Positions 9,561 through 17,691 of a stretch of 61,020 nucleotides of DNA are shown here, piece after piece; the stretch's first letter is position 1, and each line of letters begins with the position of its first letter. The stretch is taken from NCBI GenBank assembly GCA_046715765.1, contig JBKJYH010000048.1:1-61020 (forward strand). The letters are read 5' to 3'. This stretch comes from Candidatus Limnocylindria bacterium (GTDB taxonomy: Bacteria > Chloroflexota > Limnocylindria > QHBO01). Under the pieces are notes generated by a model. That model saw nothing but the letters and a program-made list of their open reading frames with translations, did not search any database and had not been told where the DNA came from. The position numbers were made by a program, and so were the translations under genes.

Positions 9561-11134
9561 CACTCGTCCCACGACACGAGTCCGAAGTCGAGCAGGCCGA
9601 GCGACAGTTCTCCCAGGCCGCGGAGTCCCGGACGGGCCAGCCACCAGCCGGTCGGGTATGCCCAGGGGATCACCGGGGCCTGCTCATCCACCCGCGCGTC
9701 AACCGCCGCGTAGGCCACCGCCTGCGCCTCGTCACCCTGGGCCGCCGAGGCTGCCTCGACCAGGCGCGCGAACTCTTCGTCGACCCACGCCCCGTAGTTG
9801 CTGGCGGCCCCCGGCAGCAGGAGCAGGCTGTAGAGGGCGTAGGGGGTCGGGTAGTCGGCGATCCAATTGATGGTGTAGACCTGCGGTGGCCGGCCGGCAT
9901 CCAGGGTGTCGATGTAATCGCGGAACTCCATGCCCTCGATGGCGACCGTGACGCCGAGCTCCGTGCGCCAGACTTCGACCACCGGGCCGACGCCAAGGCC
10001 GGCACCGTTAACGGTGATCGTACCGAGGTCGGACCGATCGCCATAACCTGCCTCATCGAGGAGGCGGCGCGCCTCGTTGGGGTCGCCGGCCAGGTCGGCG
10101 GGGAATCCGTCGGGCCACAGGGCAGGGGGCACGACGCTGGAGGCCGGCCGTGCGGAGGATCCCTCGGCCAGGGCGACAAGGCGGGCTCGGTCCAGCGCCA
10201 GGCTGAACGCACGACGAACCCGAGGGTCGTCAAAGGGTGGCGCAGAAGTGTCGAAGGCCAGGTACTGAACACCCATGTCGGCCCCGACGTGGAGCGCGGG
10301 CCCGAGCGCAGCGTCAAACGCGATCCACTCTGCGTCCGAGGCAGGGACCGAGGTCAGGTCCAGGTCGCCGTCGGCGAAGGCGGTCGCGGCGTCGCCTGGC
10401 AGATCGGTCACCCAGCGCACCTCGTCGATCGGAGGCGGACCGAGCACGTACCGCTGGTTTGCACGCAGGACGAGGACGTCGGCCGCCAGCGACTCGGCGA
10501 CGTACGGCCCCGACCCCACGAAGGCCTCCACCGTCTGCCAGTCGGCGGAGGCGTCAGCTGACGGGGGAACCACGAAGGCGGTCGGCGTAGCGGTGATCGC
10601 CGGGAAATAGCCGGCCGGATGCCGTAGCCGAACGACCAGGTGCAGCGGATCGGGCGCGGCCACGCCGACTTCGGACTCCTCGCCCCCGGCCATCCGCTCG
10701 CGGGCACCCTCGATCACCGACAGCACGTCGGGCGCTCGCGCACCCGTCGCAGGATCGAGCAGGCGCAACCACGAGCGACGCACGTCGGCGGAGGTGAGTG
10801 GCGTGCCGTCCGAGAAGGCGAGCCCCGGGCGCAGCGTGAACTCGTAGGTCAGCCCGTCGTCGCTCACCGACCACGATTCCGCCAGCGAGGGATAGGGGTC
10901 CCCGTCCTCGTCCATCCGGGTGAGGCCCGCGTACAACTGCAATATGAGCTGCACATCGGACTGCGAACCGATGAATGCCGGATCCAGGCTGTGGACCTCG
11001 CCACCGAAATAGCGCAGCGGCCCCTCGGCGGCTGCCGAAGGCGAGCCGAGGACCAGGGTCGGGAGCACCAGCGCCAGCGCCGCGATCCCGGCCACCAGCC
11101 GCGGCAGCCGGCCCCGGGCGGAGCGGCGGAGCAT
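9560..11134 (-). CDS. ABC transporter substrate-binding protein, family 5 (peptide/nickel type)
   Basis: Trimmed to MLRRSARGRLPRLVAGIAALALVLP (signal peptide). The length and motifs (..YAGLTRMDEDG.., ..FSDGTPLTSADV..) are typical of SBP_bac_5. Confidence 0.8.
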   Translation of the reverse strand: MLRRSARGRLPRLVAGIAALALVLPTLVLGSPSAAAEGPLRYFGGEVHSLDPAFIGSQSDVQLILQLYAGLTRMDEDGDPYPSLAESWSVSDDGLTYEFTLRPGLAFSDGTPLTSADVRRSWLRLLDPATGARAPDVLSVIEGARERMAGGEESEVGVAAPDPLHLVVRLRHPAGYFPAITATPTAFVVPPSADASADWQTVEAFVGSGPYVAESLAADVLVLRANQRYVLGPPPIDEVRWVTDLPGDAATAFADGDLDLTSVPASDAEWIAFDAALGPALHVGADMGVQYLAFDTSAPPFDDPRVRRAFSLALDRARLVALAEGSSARPASSVVPPALWPDGFPADLAGDPNEARRLLDEAGYGDRSDLGTITVNGAGLGVGPVVEVWRTELGVTVAIEGMEFRDYIDTLDAGRPPQVYTINWIADYPTPYALYSLLLLPGAASNYGAWVDEEFARLVEAASAAQGDEAQAVAYAAVDARVDEQAPVIPWAYPTGWWLARPGLRGLGELSLGLLDFGLVSWDE

Positions 11135-11155
11135 GCCCGCGTAGTATACGAGCCC

Positions 11156-11692
11156 GTGCAGACAACCCATGATCATCGGTTCCGGCCGCAACCGGCCGGC
11201 TCGCTGAGCTTGCGGCAGTTCGTCGAATCGCTGCGTCGCTGGACGCCGGAGATGCGGCAGATCGTCCAGATCGCGCTCACCCGCAGCGAGGCCGAGCGCG
11301 CCCAGTACCTCCGCGGCTTCCACTCCCGCCATCACGAGCGGACGGCCGGTGCGCTCGACTCGTTCGTGCGCTGGGCCTACTCCGACCCCCGCCTCGATCA
11401 CGTGCCGGCGCTCCTGGCAGAGATCGAGCGTCCGGCGACTGCCGACGAGGTCGGCCTGCGCCACGAAGCCGAGGTCCTGGTGCGGATGAGGGCCCAGGGC
11501 CGGAGTCCTGCGCAGCGGGTGCAGGACTACCTGAACCTGCTCGGCGCCGAGAGTAGCGAGAAGATGCGCTCCGCGGTGGCCAGCCTGCTGCCGCCCACCG
11601 TCGACGACGCCACGGTCGCCGCCACGATCCGCCTGATGCGCCGAGCCTGGCTGGACCTGTACGGCGACGACCCGTTCTTCGCCGAGGCCTGA
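11156..11692 (+). CDS. hypothetical helical protein with His patch, first gene of the copper operon
   Basis: This frame is the only one in the gap with protein-like composition (FHSRHHE patch, helical C-terminus). The start is uncertain. GTG 11156 lies 8 nt after a TAGTAT -10-like hexamer, so the mRNA could be leaderless. Alternatives are TTG 11210 and ATG 11252. Confidence 0.4.
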   Translation: MQTTHDHRFRPQPAGSLSLRQFVESLRRWTPEMRQIVQIALTRSEAERAQYLRGFHSRHHERTAGALDSFVRWAYSDPRLDHVPALLAEIERPATADEVGLRHEAEVLVRMRAQGRSPAQRVQDYLNLLGAESSEKMRSAVASLLPPTVDDATVAATIRLMRRAWLDLYGDDPFFAEA

Positions 11693-11697
11693 GCGCC

Positions 11698-13914
11698 GTG
11701 GGGCTGCCCGGCTGGCGAATCGCGGGGGCGGTCGCCATCACGGCGTCTGCCGCGTTCATGGGTTGGCCGTCGCGCGCCGTTGCGCACGCGGAGCTGGTGA
11801 GCAGTGTCCCCGCCGCGAATGCCAGTCTCACGCAATCTCCCCCCAGGGTGACGCTGGTCTTCAGCGAGACGCTCGACGGACGCAACCCGACCATCCACCT
11901 TAGCGACGAGGCCGGCGTCGAGGTACCGATCGGGCAGCCTGCCCTGGACGCCACCGGGACCACGCTGCTCGCGGAACTCCCCCACCTGGAGCCGGCCCTG
12001 TATACGGTCACCTACCAGGTCACCTCCGCGCTTGACGGGCATGTGTCGCGCGGCCTGTTCGCGTTCTTGGTCGATCCGACGGTAACCCGCGCGCCGCCCG
12101 AACTCCTCCCTCCCGCTCCCGCGACCCCACCGGACCTTCCGACCAGCCTTGCCCGCTGGCTGACCCTGGCCATGGGGCTAGGCCTGTTCGGGACCGCGAT
12201 CTTCTGGCTCCTTTCAGCTCGTGCCTCCGGATCGGCGCCCTGGCTCTTGCTGTCCGCGATGGGCTGGGCGTCGTTCCTCGGTCTCGGCCTGTACCTGTCC
12301 ATGGCCGCCGATGAGATGTCAGCCCCGGGCGGCCTCTTCTTCGACTTCGCGGCGCCGTTCGGCGACACCCCGTTCGCCAATGCAATGCGCTTGGCACAGG
12401 CCGGGGTCCTGCTGGCCTCCGTCACGGCGACGGCCGCGCTCGGGTTGAGCGCCACGCGCCGTCGGGATCGGCCAGCCAGCGGGTCGCAGCGCGGCGGCCT
12501 GATGCTCGTCGGCGTCGCCGGGGCGATCGGGCTCGCCGGTTGGGCGCTGGGCTCGCACCCAGCGGCGCTGGGCGGGCCGGTCTTCGCCGTGTTCGACTGG
12601 CTGCACCTGGTGGCCGTGGGCGCCTGGCTTGGGGCCTTGCCCGGCCTATTGGTCCTGGCCGCGCGCGACCGACGCAGACCGACGCAGGATCACACGGCCG
12701 GCGAGGCGCTGAGCCGGCATTCGCGGGTGGCGTTGGCTGCCGCCCCACTTGTCGTGCTCAGCGGCCTGGCCAACTCGTCGCTGGTGCTCGGGGACGCGCG
12801 CGGCCTGCTGGCGACCGACTACGGCAACCAGCTCCTGGCCAAGGCAATCCTGTTCAGCGCCGCGCTCGGCCTGGGAGGAGTCAATTTCTTCCTGGTTCGG
12901 GCCAGGTCCTGGCGCCGCCTGACGATGGTCAGCCTGGCCGAGCTGGGAATCGGCGCGACGGCCGTCCTCTTGGCGGCGATGCTGGCCAACGGCCAGCCGG
13001 CTGCCTCGCGCCCTATGGTCGTGATCCCACCGGCAGGCGGAGCCACCCAACTTTCGGCGGTCGCGGGGGAGTCGCGGGTTCACCTCGCGGTCATCGTCGC
13101 CGAGCCGGGCATCCAGCGCTACCAGCTGAGCGTGCGCGACCGGGCGAGCGGCGCGTATCGGACCGACATCCAACGCGCATTTCTCATCTTCGAAGCACCG
13201 GCCGCCCTGGACCTTCCTCCGTCGCGGATCACCCTGGACGCCACCGATCTGCCGTGGCTGTGGACCACCAGCGGCGCATACACCCCGGTGGTCGGCGAGT
13301 GGCGGATGGAGGTCGTGGTCCGGCGCGCAGGAGTGAGGGACGAATCAGTACAGGTCGGGCTCGCCGTGCGGGAAGTGTCCGGCGCCACGATCGTTCCCCA
13401 ACAGACCAGCGGCGTCCAGGTGCCCAGGGCGGTCACCTGGGCCTGGGGGCTGGTCCCCAGTGGTGGGTGGGGCTGGCTTCCGGCCGTCCTCGCCCTGGCC
13501 GGGCTTGCGGCGCTCTTCTGGATCGGACGGAAGGGCTCGGCAGATCGGCTGCGAGTCGCCCGAGCCAGCGTGGCAGTGGTCGCCGTGGTTCTCGGTTTGG
13601 TGGTCGGCAGCCGAGACCTGGTGCGGTTCGTGGACTCCGCGCCCTACGAAGCCGCCGGACGAGCGAATCCGGTGGCCCCCACGGCTGAATCGGTGGCCGG
13701 CGGCCAACGGATCTATCGGGCCAATTGCAGTGCGTGCCATGCGGTCAACGGCGAGGATCTCGTCACCGTCATCCGTGCAGACTCTGACGGTGCCCTGGAG
13801 TGGCGGATCGCCACCGGCACGGCAGCCACCCGAATGCCCGGCTTTGCCTCTACCCTGTCGAGCGATGACCGTTGGCACCTGGTGAACTACCTGCGCACAC
13901 TCACTCGAGACTGA
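11698..13914 (+). CDS. CopC-CopD fusion (YcnJ-like) with extra soluble domain and C-terminal cytochrome c domain
   Basis: 738 aa with a GTG start. The signal peptide ends AVA|HAELVSS (CopC, with a DGH motif). This is followed by a multi-TM CopD-like region, a beta-rich soluble segment and 2 more TM helices. The C-terminus carries CSACH (13726-13740) with a downstream TRMPGF Met ligand candidate. Confidence 0.85.
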   Translation: MGLPGWRIAGAVAITASAAFMGWPSRAVAHAELVSSVPAANASLTQSPPRVTLVFSETLDGRNPTIHLSDEAGVEVPIGQPALDATGTTLLAELPHLEPALYTVTYQVTSALDGHVSRGLFAFLVDPTVTRAPPELLPPAPATPPDLPTSLARWLTLAMGLGLFGTAIFWLLSARASGSAPWLLLSAMGWASFLGLGLYLSMAADEMSAPGGLFFDFAAPFGDTPFANAMRLAQAGVLLASVTATAALGLSATRRRDRPASGSQRGGLMLVGVAGAIGLAGWALGSHPAALGGPVFAVFDWLHLVAVGAWLGALPGLLVLAARDRRRPTQDHTAGEALSRHSRVALAAAPLVVLSGLANSSLVLGDARGLLATDYGNQLLAKAILFSAALGLGGVNFFLVRARSWRRLTMVSLAELGIGATAVLLAAMLANGQPAASRPMVVIPPAGGATQLSAVAGESRVHLAVIVAEPGIQRYQLSVRDRASGAYRTDIQRAFLIFEAPAALDLPPSRITLDATDLPWLWTTSGAYTPVVGEWRMEVVVRRAGVRDESVQVGLAVREVSGATIVPQQTSGVQVPRAVTWAWGLVPSGGWGWLPAVLALAGLAALFWIGRKGSADRLRVARASVAVVAVVLGLVVGSRDLVRFVDSAPYEAAGRANPVAPTAESVAGGQRIYRANCSACHAVNGEDLVTVIRADSDGALEWRIATGTAATRMPGFASTLSSDDRWHLVNYLRTLTRD

Positions 13915-13922
13915 GCGAACCG

Positions 13923-14441
13923 ATGATCGACGCGCGGCATCGCGAGCGCCTGCTCGCGATCTGGGTCGTCCTGGCGAGCCTGCTTGCCACGCCCGGCCTG
14001 GCGCTGGGCCACGCCGAGCTGGTCTCCTCCACTCCGGCGGATGGCGCGACGCTCGACGCGCCACCGACCCAGGTCGTACTGATCTTCGACGACGAACTCG
14101 ATCCCGACCACAGCGCCTTCTTCGTGATCGGCCCGAGCGGAACCGAAGTCGGGACCGGGGAGGTGGACCTGGTGGTGGCCGACCGCAATGTGATGCGTGG
14201 CGCGGTTCATGCGCTCCCAGCCGAGGGGCTGTACGTCGTGGAATGGGTGGCCGCAGCCGTCGACGGCGACAAGACCACCGGCAGCCTGTCCTTCACGGTG
14301 TCAGGTGCGAACAGCGTGGGGAACAGCGCGGTCGTCGCTCCGAATCGGCACAATGGGTTGACCGAGGCCGGACTGATCCTGCTGGCCGCTGGATTGGCAT
14401 GGCTGGCGTGGCGACGACCTGACCACGAGGTGACGAGTTGA
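13923..14441 (+). CDS. copC: CopC-domain protein, C-terminally membrane anchored
   Basis: Trimmed to MIDARHRE. The signal peptide ends ALG|HAELVSSTPADGATL (CopC N-terminal His). The motif 'VDGDKTTG' replaces the usual DGH. There is a C-terminal TM helix (GLILLAAGLAWLAW). Confidence 0.8.
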   Translation: MIDARHRERLLAIWVVLASLLATPGLALGHAELVSSTPADGATLDAPPTQVVLIFDDELDPDHSAFFVIGPSGTEVGTGEVDLVVADRNVMRGAVHALPAEGLYVVEWVAAAVDGDKTTGSLSFTVSGANSVGNSAVVAPNRHNGLTEAGLILLAAGLAWLAWRRPDHEVTS

Positions 14442-14815
14442 ACGAACATCGGTTGACTGCCCTGGGCTTGTTGCTGACGGTGGGTCTGCTGGGGGCGTGC
14501 GTTGCCGAAGTCACGCTCCCGGAGGACTGCAGCGAGACGCACGTGGAGCGCGAGGTGACATTGGGGAACGACAGGATCACCCCCGCTGCCATCGAGGTCT
14601 GCGACGGCCAGCACCTGGTCCTGACCGTCACGGTTGAACAGGCAGCCATCTTCCACCTGCACGGCTACGACGCGGAGGCGCCGGCCCGGGAAATGGTCGC
14701 CGGCAACGTCGAGCAGTTCTTGATCATGGCCAGGGGTGGCGAATACCCGATTGAGTTGCATCTTGCCGGCGGTCAGGAGGTCGAAGCCGGCCTCCTGACC
14801 GTGCACCTCCCGTGA
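14438..14815 (+). CDS. lipoprotein, cupredoxin-like beta-sandwich (EfeO-N-like), no obvious type-1 Cu ligand set
   Basis: 125 aa. The TTG start overlaps the upstream stop (TTGA). It has the lipobox LLGAC. 'ITPAAIEVCDGQHLVLTVTV' resembles cupredoxin-like domains, and HLHGYD / ELH histidines are present. Confidence 0.5.
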   Translation: MNEHRLTALGLLLTVGLLGACVAEVTLPEDCSETHVEREVTLGNDRITPAAIEVCDGQHLVLTVTVEQAAIFHLHGYDAEAPAREMVAGNVEQFLIMARGGEYPIELHLAGGQEVEAGLLTVHLP

Positions 14816-16359
14816 TCGGACAAACGCTCATGCGCTGGGCCATCCTCGGGACTTCGATCGTCGCCGGATGGCTGGCGCTCGCGCTGAGCCCCACGCCCGC
14901 TGCTGGGCATGCCCTGGGCCAGGTCTTCACGCTGCCGGTCCCGCTGACGCTGTACCTCGCCGCGGCGGGTGCCGCGGTTGCCGCCTCGTTCGTCGTCGCG
15001 GTGCTCGTGGTTCGACCTCCGGGCCTACGGCCGCGCTACCGCATCCGGCCCGTGGCCTCGAGAACGGCACGCAGGTCCTCCATCGTGCTCCAGGTCCTGG
15101 GACTCGGCTGGTGGCTGGGGACGATCGCGGCCGGCTTCCTGGTCGACCCGATCTCGGCGCTGCCCGCGGTCCTGTTCTGGATCGGGATCTGGGTGGGGCT
15201 GCCGATCATCGCCGTGCTGTTCGGCAACCCATGGCCTAGCCTGTCTCCATTCCGGATCCTGTTCGGGCTGGCCGAGCGCCTGGTCCGACTCGCGGGCTTC
15301 GATCGGCTCGACCTCGGCGCCACCTATCCCGCCGGGTTTGGACGCTGGCCCGCCGCCGTCCTGCTCGGCGCCGCTGCCTGGTGTGAGTTGATCCTCCCCG
15401 ATCGGACCACCCCCTCGACCATCGGCTGGATCCTGTCCGGATATACCGCCATCACCCTGGCGGGGATGTTCATCTTCGGCAAGGTGGCCTGGCTGCGCAA
15501 TGTCGAGGTGTTCGAGGTTCTGCTGGGTTGGTTCGGCCGAGTCGGGCCGGTCGGGCGTCGGGTGATCGACCCGACGGTATGCCAGGACTGCGGCGAGTCG
15601 TGTGACCCCGAGCGATGCGTGGACTGCCCCGAGTGCGCGGCTGCGGCCGAACCGGGTCAGCGCCGTGCCGAGCTGCGGCCGTGGTTCGCCGGGCTGACCG
15701 AGGTGCGCCAGGCGGGCTGGTCGGACGCGGCCCTGATCACGCTGGCCCTGGCTGCCGTCAGCTTCGACGGCTTCTCCGAGACCGGGGCGTGGGGAGCGGT
15801 GATGTCGCCCAGCCTGGAGTTCCTGTTCCCGATCGTCGGCGCCGCGACCGCCGTCCTGCTGGTCCAGACCGTCGGCCTGGCGAGCATCTGGCTGGCCTTC
15901 CTGGGCGCATTCAGCCTGTCGGCGTGGCTGACCCAGCGCCTGCACGACCCCGATCGCCAGGTTGCCCCGCTCGGCGCAACCGCCGGCGTCTACGCGGCGA
16001 CGCTGCTGCCGATCGCCGGCGGCTACCTGGTGGCGCATTACCTGACCCTGCTGATCCAGGGCATCGCCTGGCTGCCGTCTCTGCTGATCGACCCACTCGC
16101 AAGCGTCGCGCCGCCGCTCGATTGGATCCCGATCAGCATGGTGTGGTACCTCTCGGTGGGCGCCATCGTGGTCGGCCACATCGCGGCCGTGGTCCTCGCG
16201 CATCGCCAGGCGCTGCGTGACGCCCCCAGGCGCCCTGCCCTTGCCGGACTGCCGCTGGTGATCCTGATGGTGGCCTACACCGTCTTCTCGCTATGGATCA
16301 TCGCCCAGCCGATCACCGTCGAGCCGACCGGCGGCCCCTCCTCGCTGATGATCCGATGA
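14812..16359 (+). CDS. uncharacterised polytopic membrane protein with Cys-rich loop
   Basis: 515 aa. The GTG start overlaps the upstream stop (GTGA). The signal-like N-terminus ends PAAG|HALGQ. There are at least 10 hydrophobic segments, a loop CQDCGESCDPERCVDCPEC (15580-15636) and a C-terminal TM with GHIAAVVLAH. I recognise no family. Confidence 0.7.
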   Translation: MIGQTLMRWAILGTSIVAGWLALALSPTPAAGHALGQVFTLPVPLTLYLAAAGAAVAASFVVAVLVVRPPGLRPRYRIRPVASRTARRSSIVLQVLGLGWWLGTIAAGFLVDPISALPAVLFWIGIWVGLPIIAVLFGNPWPSLSPFRILFGLAERLVRLAGFDRLDLGATYPAGFGRWPAAVLLGAAAWCELILPDRTTPSTIGWILSGYTAITLAGMFIFGKVAWLRNVEVFEVLLGWFGRVGPVGRRVIDPTVCQDCGESCDPERCVDCPECAAAAEPGQRRAELRPWFAGLTEVRQAGWSDAALITLALAAVSFDGFSETGAWGAVMSPSLEFLFPIVGAATAVLLVQTVGLASIWLAFLGAFSLSAWLTQRLHDPDRQVAPLGATAGVYAATLLPIAGGYLVAHYLTLLIQGIAWLPSLLIDPLASVAPPLDWIPISMVWYLSVGAIVVGHIAAVVLAHRQALRDAPRRPALAGLPLVILMVAYTVFSLWIIAQPITVEPTGGPSSLMIR

Positions 16360-16372
16360 CGATGGCGCCCCG

Positions 16373-17080
16373 ATGGAAGTGAGCCTGGCGCTGGCCTTTG
16401 CGGCCGGCCTGCTCAGCTTCCTGTCGCCGTGCGTGCTGGCGCTGCTGCCGGTCTACCTCGCCTTCCTCGGGGAGGCTGCGGGCGGAGTTGCGGTCGGAGG
16501 CGAAGCGGCGCTGCTCCGCCGCCCCCTGCTGCTCCAGGCCCTCCTCTTTGTCAGCGGTTTCAGCGTCCTCTTCATCGTGCTGGGGATCTCCATCGGCCTG
16601 CTGGGCAGCGCCCTCTTCCGCGCGGAGGCGGTGCGCCAGGCGGCAGGGGTGGCGGTCATGGCCATCGGCTTGGTCAGCACCGGCATCTTCGGACCGGTCC
16701 TAGAGCGGTTCCGGATTGCGGTTCCCACCAATCTGCTGCCGCAGGCCCGGTCCACTCGAGCACTGATGCTCGGGGCGCTGGTGGCGGTCGGTTGGACCCC
16801 GTGCATCGGTCCGGTGCTGGGCGCGATCCTGACCATGGGGCTCTCGTCTCAGGACGTGGCGGCGGCCACCGCGCTGCTGGTCGCCTACTCCGCCGGGCTG
16901 GCGGTCCCCTTCCTGACGGCCGCGGTCGCGCTGCCGCGCCTGAGGCCGCTGCTCGAGGCGCTGCGCCGACACCATCGCACCGTCCAGGTCGTGTCGGGCG
17001 TCTTCATCATCGTGATCGGCGTGCTCGTCTTCACCAACTCGTTCGCACGCATCGCCGGGATCTTTGTGCTTCCGTTCTAG
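16373..17080 (+). CDS. ccdA: cytochrome c biogenesis thiol-disulfide transporter CcdA (DsbD family)
   Basis: 235 aa with 6 TM segments. 'LSFLSPCVLALLPVYL' and the second 'GWTPCIGPVLGAIL' are the two conserved Cys-containing helices of CcdA. Confidence 0.85.
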   Translation: MEVSLALAFAAGLLSFLSPCVLALLPVYLAFLGEAAGGVAVGGEAALLRRPLLLQALLFVSGFSVLFIVLGISIGLLGSALFRAEAVRQAAGVAVMAIGLVSTGIFGPVLERFRIAVPTNLLPQARSTRALMLGALVAVGWTPCIGPVLGAILTMGLSSQDVAAATALLVAYSAGLAVPFLTAAVALPRLRPLLEALRRHHRTVQVVSGVFIIVIGVLVFTNSFARIAGIFVLPF

Positions 17081-17292
17081 TCGCGGGCCTCGTGTCGGCG
17101 CCGTGTGAGGAACGCTCCCGTTCCGCCGAGTGCCAGCCAGCCCGCGCAGAGCCACAGGGACGGTGGGGAACTGCACATGACGAGCAGGCCTTCGAAGTCC
17201 CGGAGGCATCGAGCGGATGCCAGTCCATCGGTCGCCGCGACAACGAGGCCGACGATACTGATCACGAGGCACGCTAAACCGATGAACTTCAA
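17077..17292 (-). CDS. possible small two-TM membrane protein
   Basis: 71-aa ORF with two hydrophobic segments, convergent with ccdA (4-nt overlap). There is no homology support, so it could be a spurious high-GC ORF. Confidence 0.3.
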   Translation of the reverse strand: MKFIGLACLVISIVGLVVAATDGLASARCLRDFEGLLVMCSSPPSLWLCAGWLALGGTGAFLTRRRHEARD

Positions 17293-17322
17293 CCCGATTC
17301 TGGCCTCAGATCTGTCGTGTGT

Positions 17323-17398
17323 TGGCGCCCCCGGACGGACTCGAACCGCCGACGCAGGCCTTAGGACGGCCTCGCTCTATCCTCTGAGCTACGGGGGC
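17323..17398 (-). tRNA. tRNA-Arg (anticodon CCT)
   Basis: The reverse complement is GCCCCCG-TA-GCTC...GAGC-G-AGGCC-GTCCTAA-GGCCT-GCGTC-GGCGG-TTCGAGT-CCGTC-CGGGGGC-G-CCA. U33 and A37 flank the anticodon CCT. Confidence 0.85.
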
Positions 17399-17426
17399 TC
17401 GCCGTCGGCCATCCTATCATCGGGCC

Positions 17427-17669
17427 ATGTCGGACTTGCCGGGCGTGATCCTGTACGAACGACGCGGATGCCACCTTTGCGAGGAGGCGCGCGTCCTGCT
17501 CGAAGAGATGCTCGGGCCTGACGGCTACCACTGCGTAGACATCGACACCGACGACGACCTCGTTCTCCGCTACGGCTTCCGCGTCCCGGTGCTCGCCGTC
17601 GATGGCGTGGACCTGTTGGAGGGTCAGATCGGTGCTGATGAACTGGCAGCCCTCCTGGGGCGGGGCTGA
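17427..17669 (+). CDS. glutaredoxin-like thioredoxin-fold protein (DUF836 type)
   Basis: 80 aa. It has a 'YERRGCHLCEEA' CxxC motif and 'RVPVL' cis-Pro region, with the size typical of this family. Confidence 0.75.
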   Translation: MSDLPGVILYERRGCHLCEEARVLLEEMLGPDGYHCVDIDTDDDLVLRYGFRVPVLAVDGVDLLEGQIGADELAALLGRG

Positions 17670-17691
17670 GAGATGGCTCGAGGGCAATTCC

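Noticed and set aside
11182-11199. Perfect 7-bp GC hairpin (CCGGCCG-CAAC-CGGCCGG) in the divergent region before the copper operon, considered as a regulatory element or terminator.
   Set aside because: It has no U-tract and lies inside the candidate 5' coding part of the first operon gene if GTG 11156 is used. GC-only 7-bp palindromes are expected by chance at this base composition. It is kept only as a caveat on the start-codon choice.
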